DNA of 64,000 nt. Source: Deinococcales bacterium (GTDB lineage: Bacteria > Deinococcota > Deinococci > Deinococcales > JAAFIG01). The DNA lies in assembly GCA_025359505.1 (NCBI GenBank), contig JANYHH010000077.1:64784-128783 (forward strand). The letters are read 5' to 3'. Shown one piece after another: positions 63,730-64,000 of the stretch (positions within the stretch are counted from its first letter, which is position 1; the number at the start of each line of letters is the position of its first letter). Under the pieces are notes generated by a model, which did no database searches, was not told the origin of the DNA, and was given only the letters and a program-made list of their open reading frames with translations. Made by a program: the position numbers and the translations under genes.

Positions 63730-63909
63730 TTTTATTGAAATGAGAAGCATCATGACTTGGCAATAAGAATCTAATTCAGGTAACCCCGCTACTGAAACGA
63801 ACGTTTGTCAAATGTGTATACTCAAATGACCGCAAAAAAGTTTTACAGTCATCCACAGCACCCGAGTCATCCTCGGGCTTTCAAAAAGCGCTGATCCAAC
63901 GGAGCCTCC

Positions 63910-64000
63910 ATGAACCCACTCGAGCCGCAACGCTCGCTGCCCACCCCAAGCGAAGACCTCAACCTCTGGCACGCATTTCTCGCACAGCTCGAGGACACGC
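63910..64000 (+). CDS. hypothetical protein (3' end cut by window edge)
   Basis: ATG 63910 follows a GGAG RBS at 63901. Only 30 codons are visible. Confidence 0.3.
   Translation, partial: MNPLEPQRSLPTPSEDLNLWHAFLAQLEDT

Noticed and set aside
1-64000. Prophage, integrative element, transposon or defence island
   Set aside because: I recognised no integrase, transposase, recombinase, phage structural gene or cas/restriction gene. The only mobile-looking feature is the non-autonomous roughly 100-nt repeat. The lone COG3910-type ATPase (24440-25159) and the Uma2 nuclease have no partner genes suggesting a defence system.

Overview
High-GC (about 60% by eye) bacterial chromosomal segment with about 70 protein-coding genes. 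I found no rRNA, tRNA, CRISPR array, transposase or integrase. Gene content gives a low-confidence guess of a Deinococcota-like genome: many GNAT and DinB paralogs, a Uma2 endonuclease, DUF4388, FUN14, and the hpf/hpt/trxA/thrB/crcB housekeeping genes. Layout by region: 1-12.1 kb is an accessory block of GNAT/DinB/nucleotidyltransferase/toxin-antitoxin genes with duplication scars and gene remnants, plus two secreted carbohydrate-binding proteins. 12-27 kb is mixed housekeeping. 27.5-34.3 kb is a ROK-regulated sugar ABC transporter and GH3 beta-glucosidase locus. 35-46.2 kb is a minus-strand operon of eight secreted, lipoprotein or small orphan proteins behind a BTAD/TPR regulator. 46.5-49.7 kb holds a HAMP-only sensor, an orphan BMP binding protein and a DUF4388 protein. 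50.3-59.5 kb is an NMT1-type ABC transporter with creatininase, two amidohydrolases, an FAD oxidase and an MTHFR-like protein. 59.5-64 kb is miscellaneous. Main hunt results: (1) the palindrome CTCGAG is hugely over-represented, in all codon phases and in intergenic DNA, in a HIP1-like manner, with a few kb-scale deserts; (2) the orphan secreted-protein operon has four members sharing an N-terminal module; (3) a roughly 100-nt MITE-like repeat occurs twice in opposite orientation; (4) junction duplications (the 3' end of gene X plus the 5' start of gene Y, repeated downstream) mark tandem duplication followed by deletion; (5) four disrupted genes. All functional calls rest on motif recognition by eye. 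No database searches were run.
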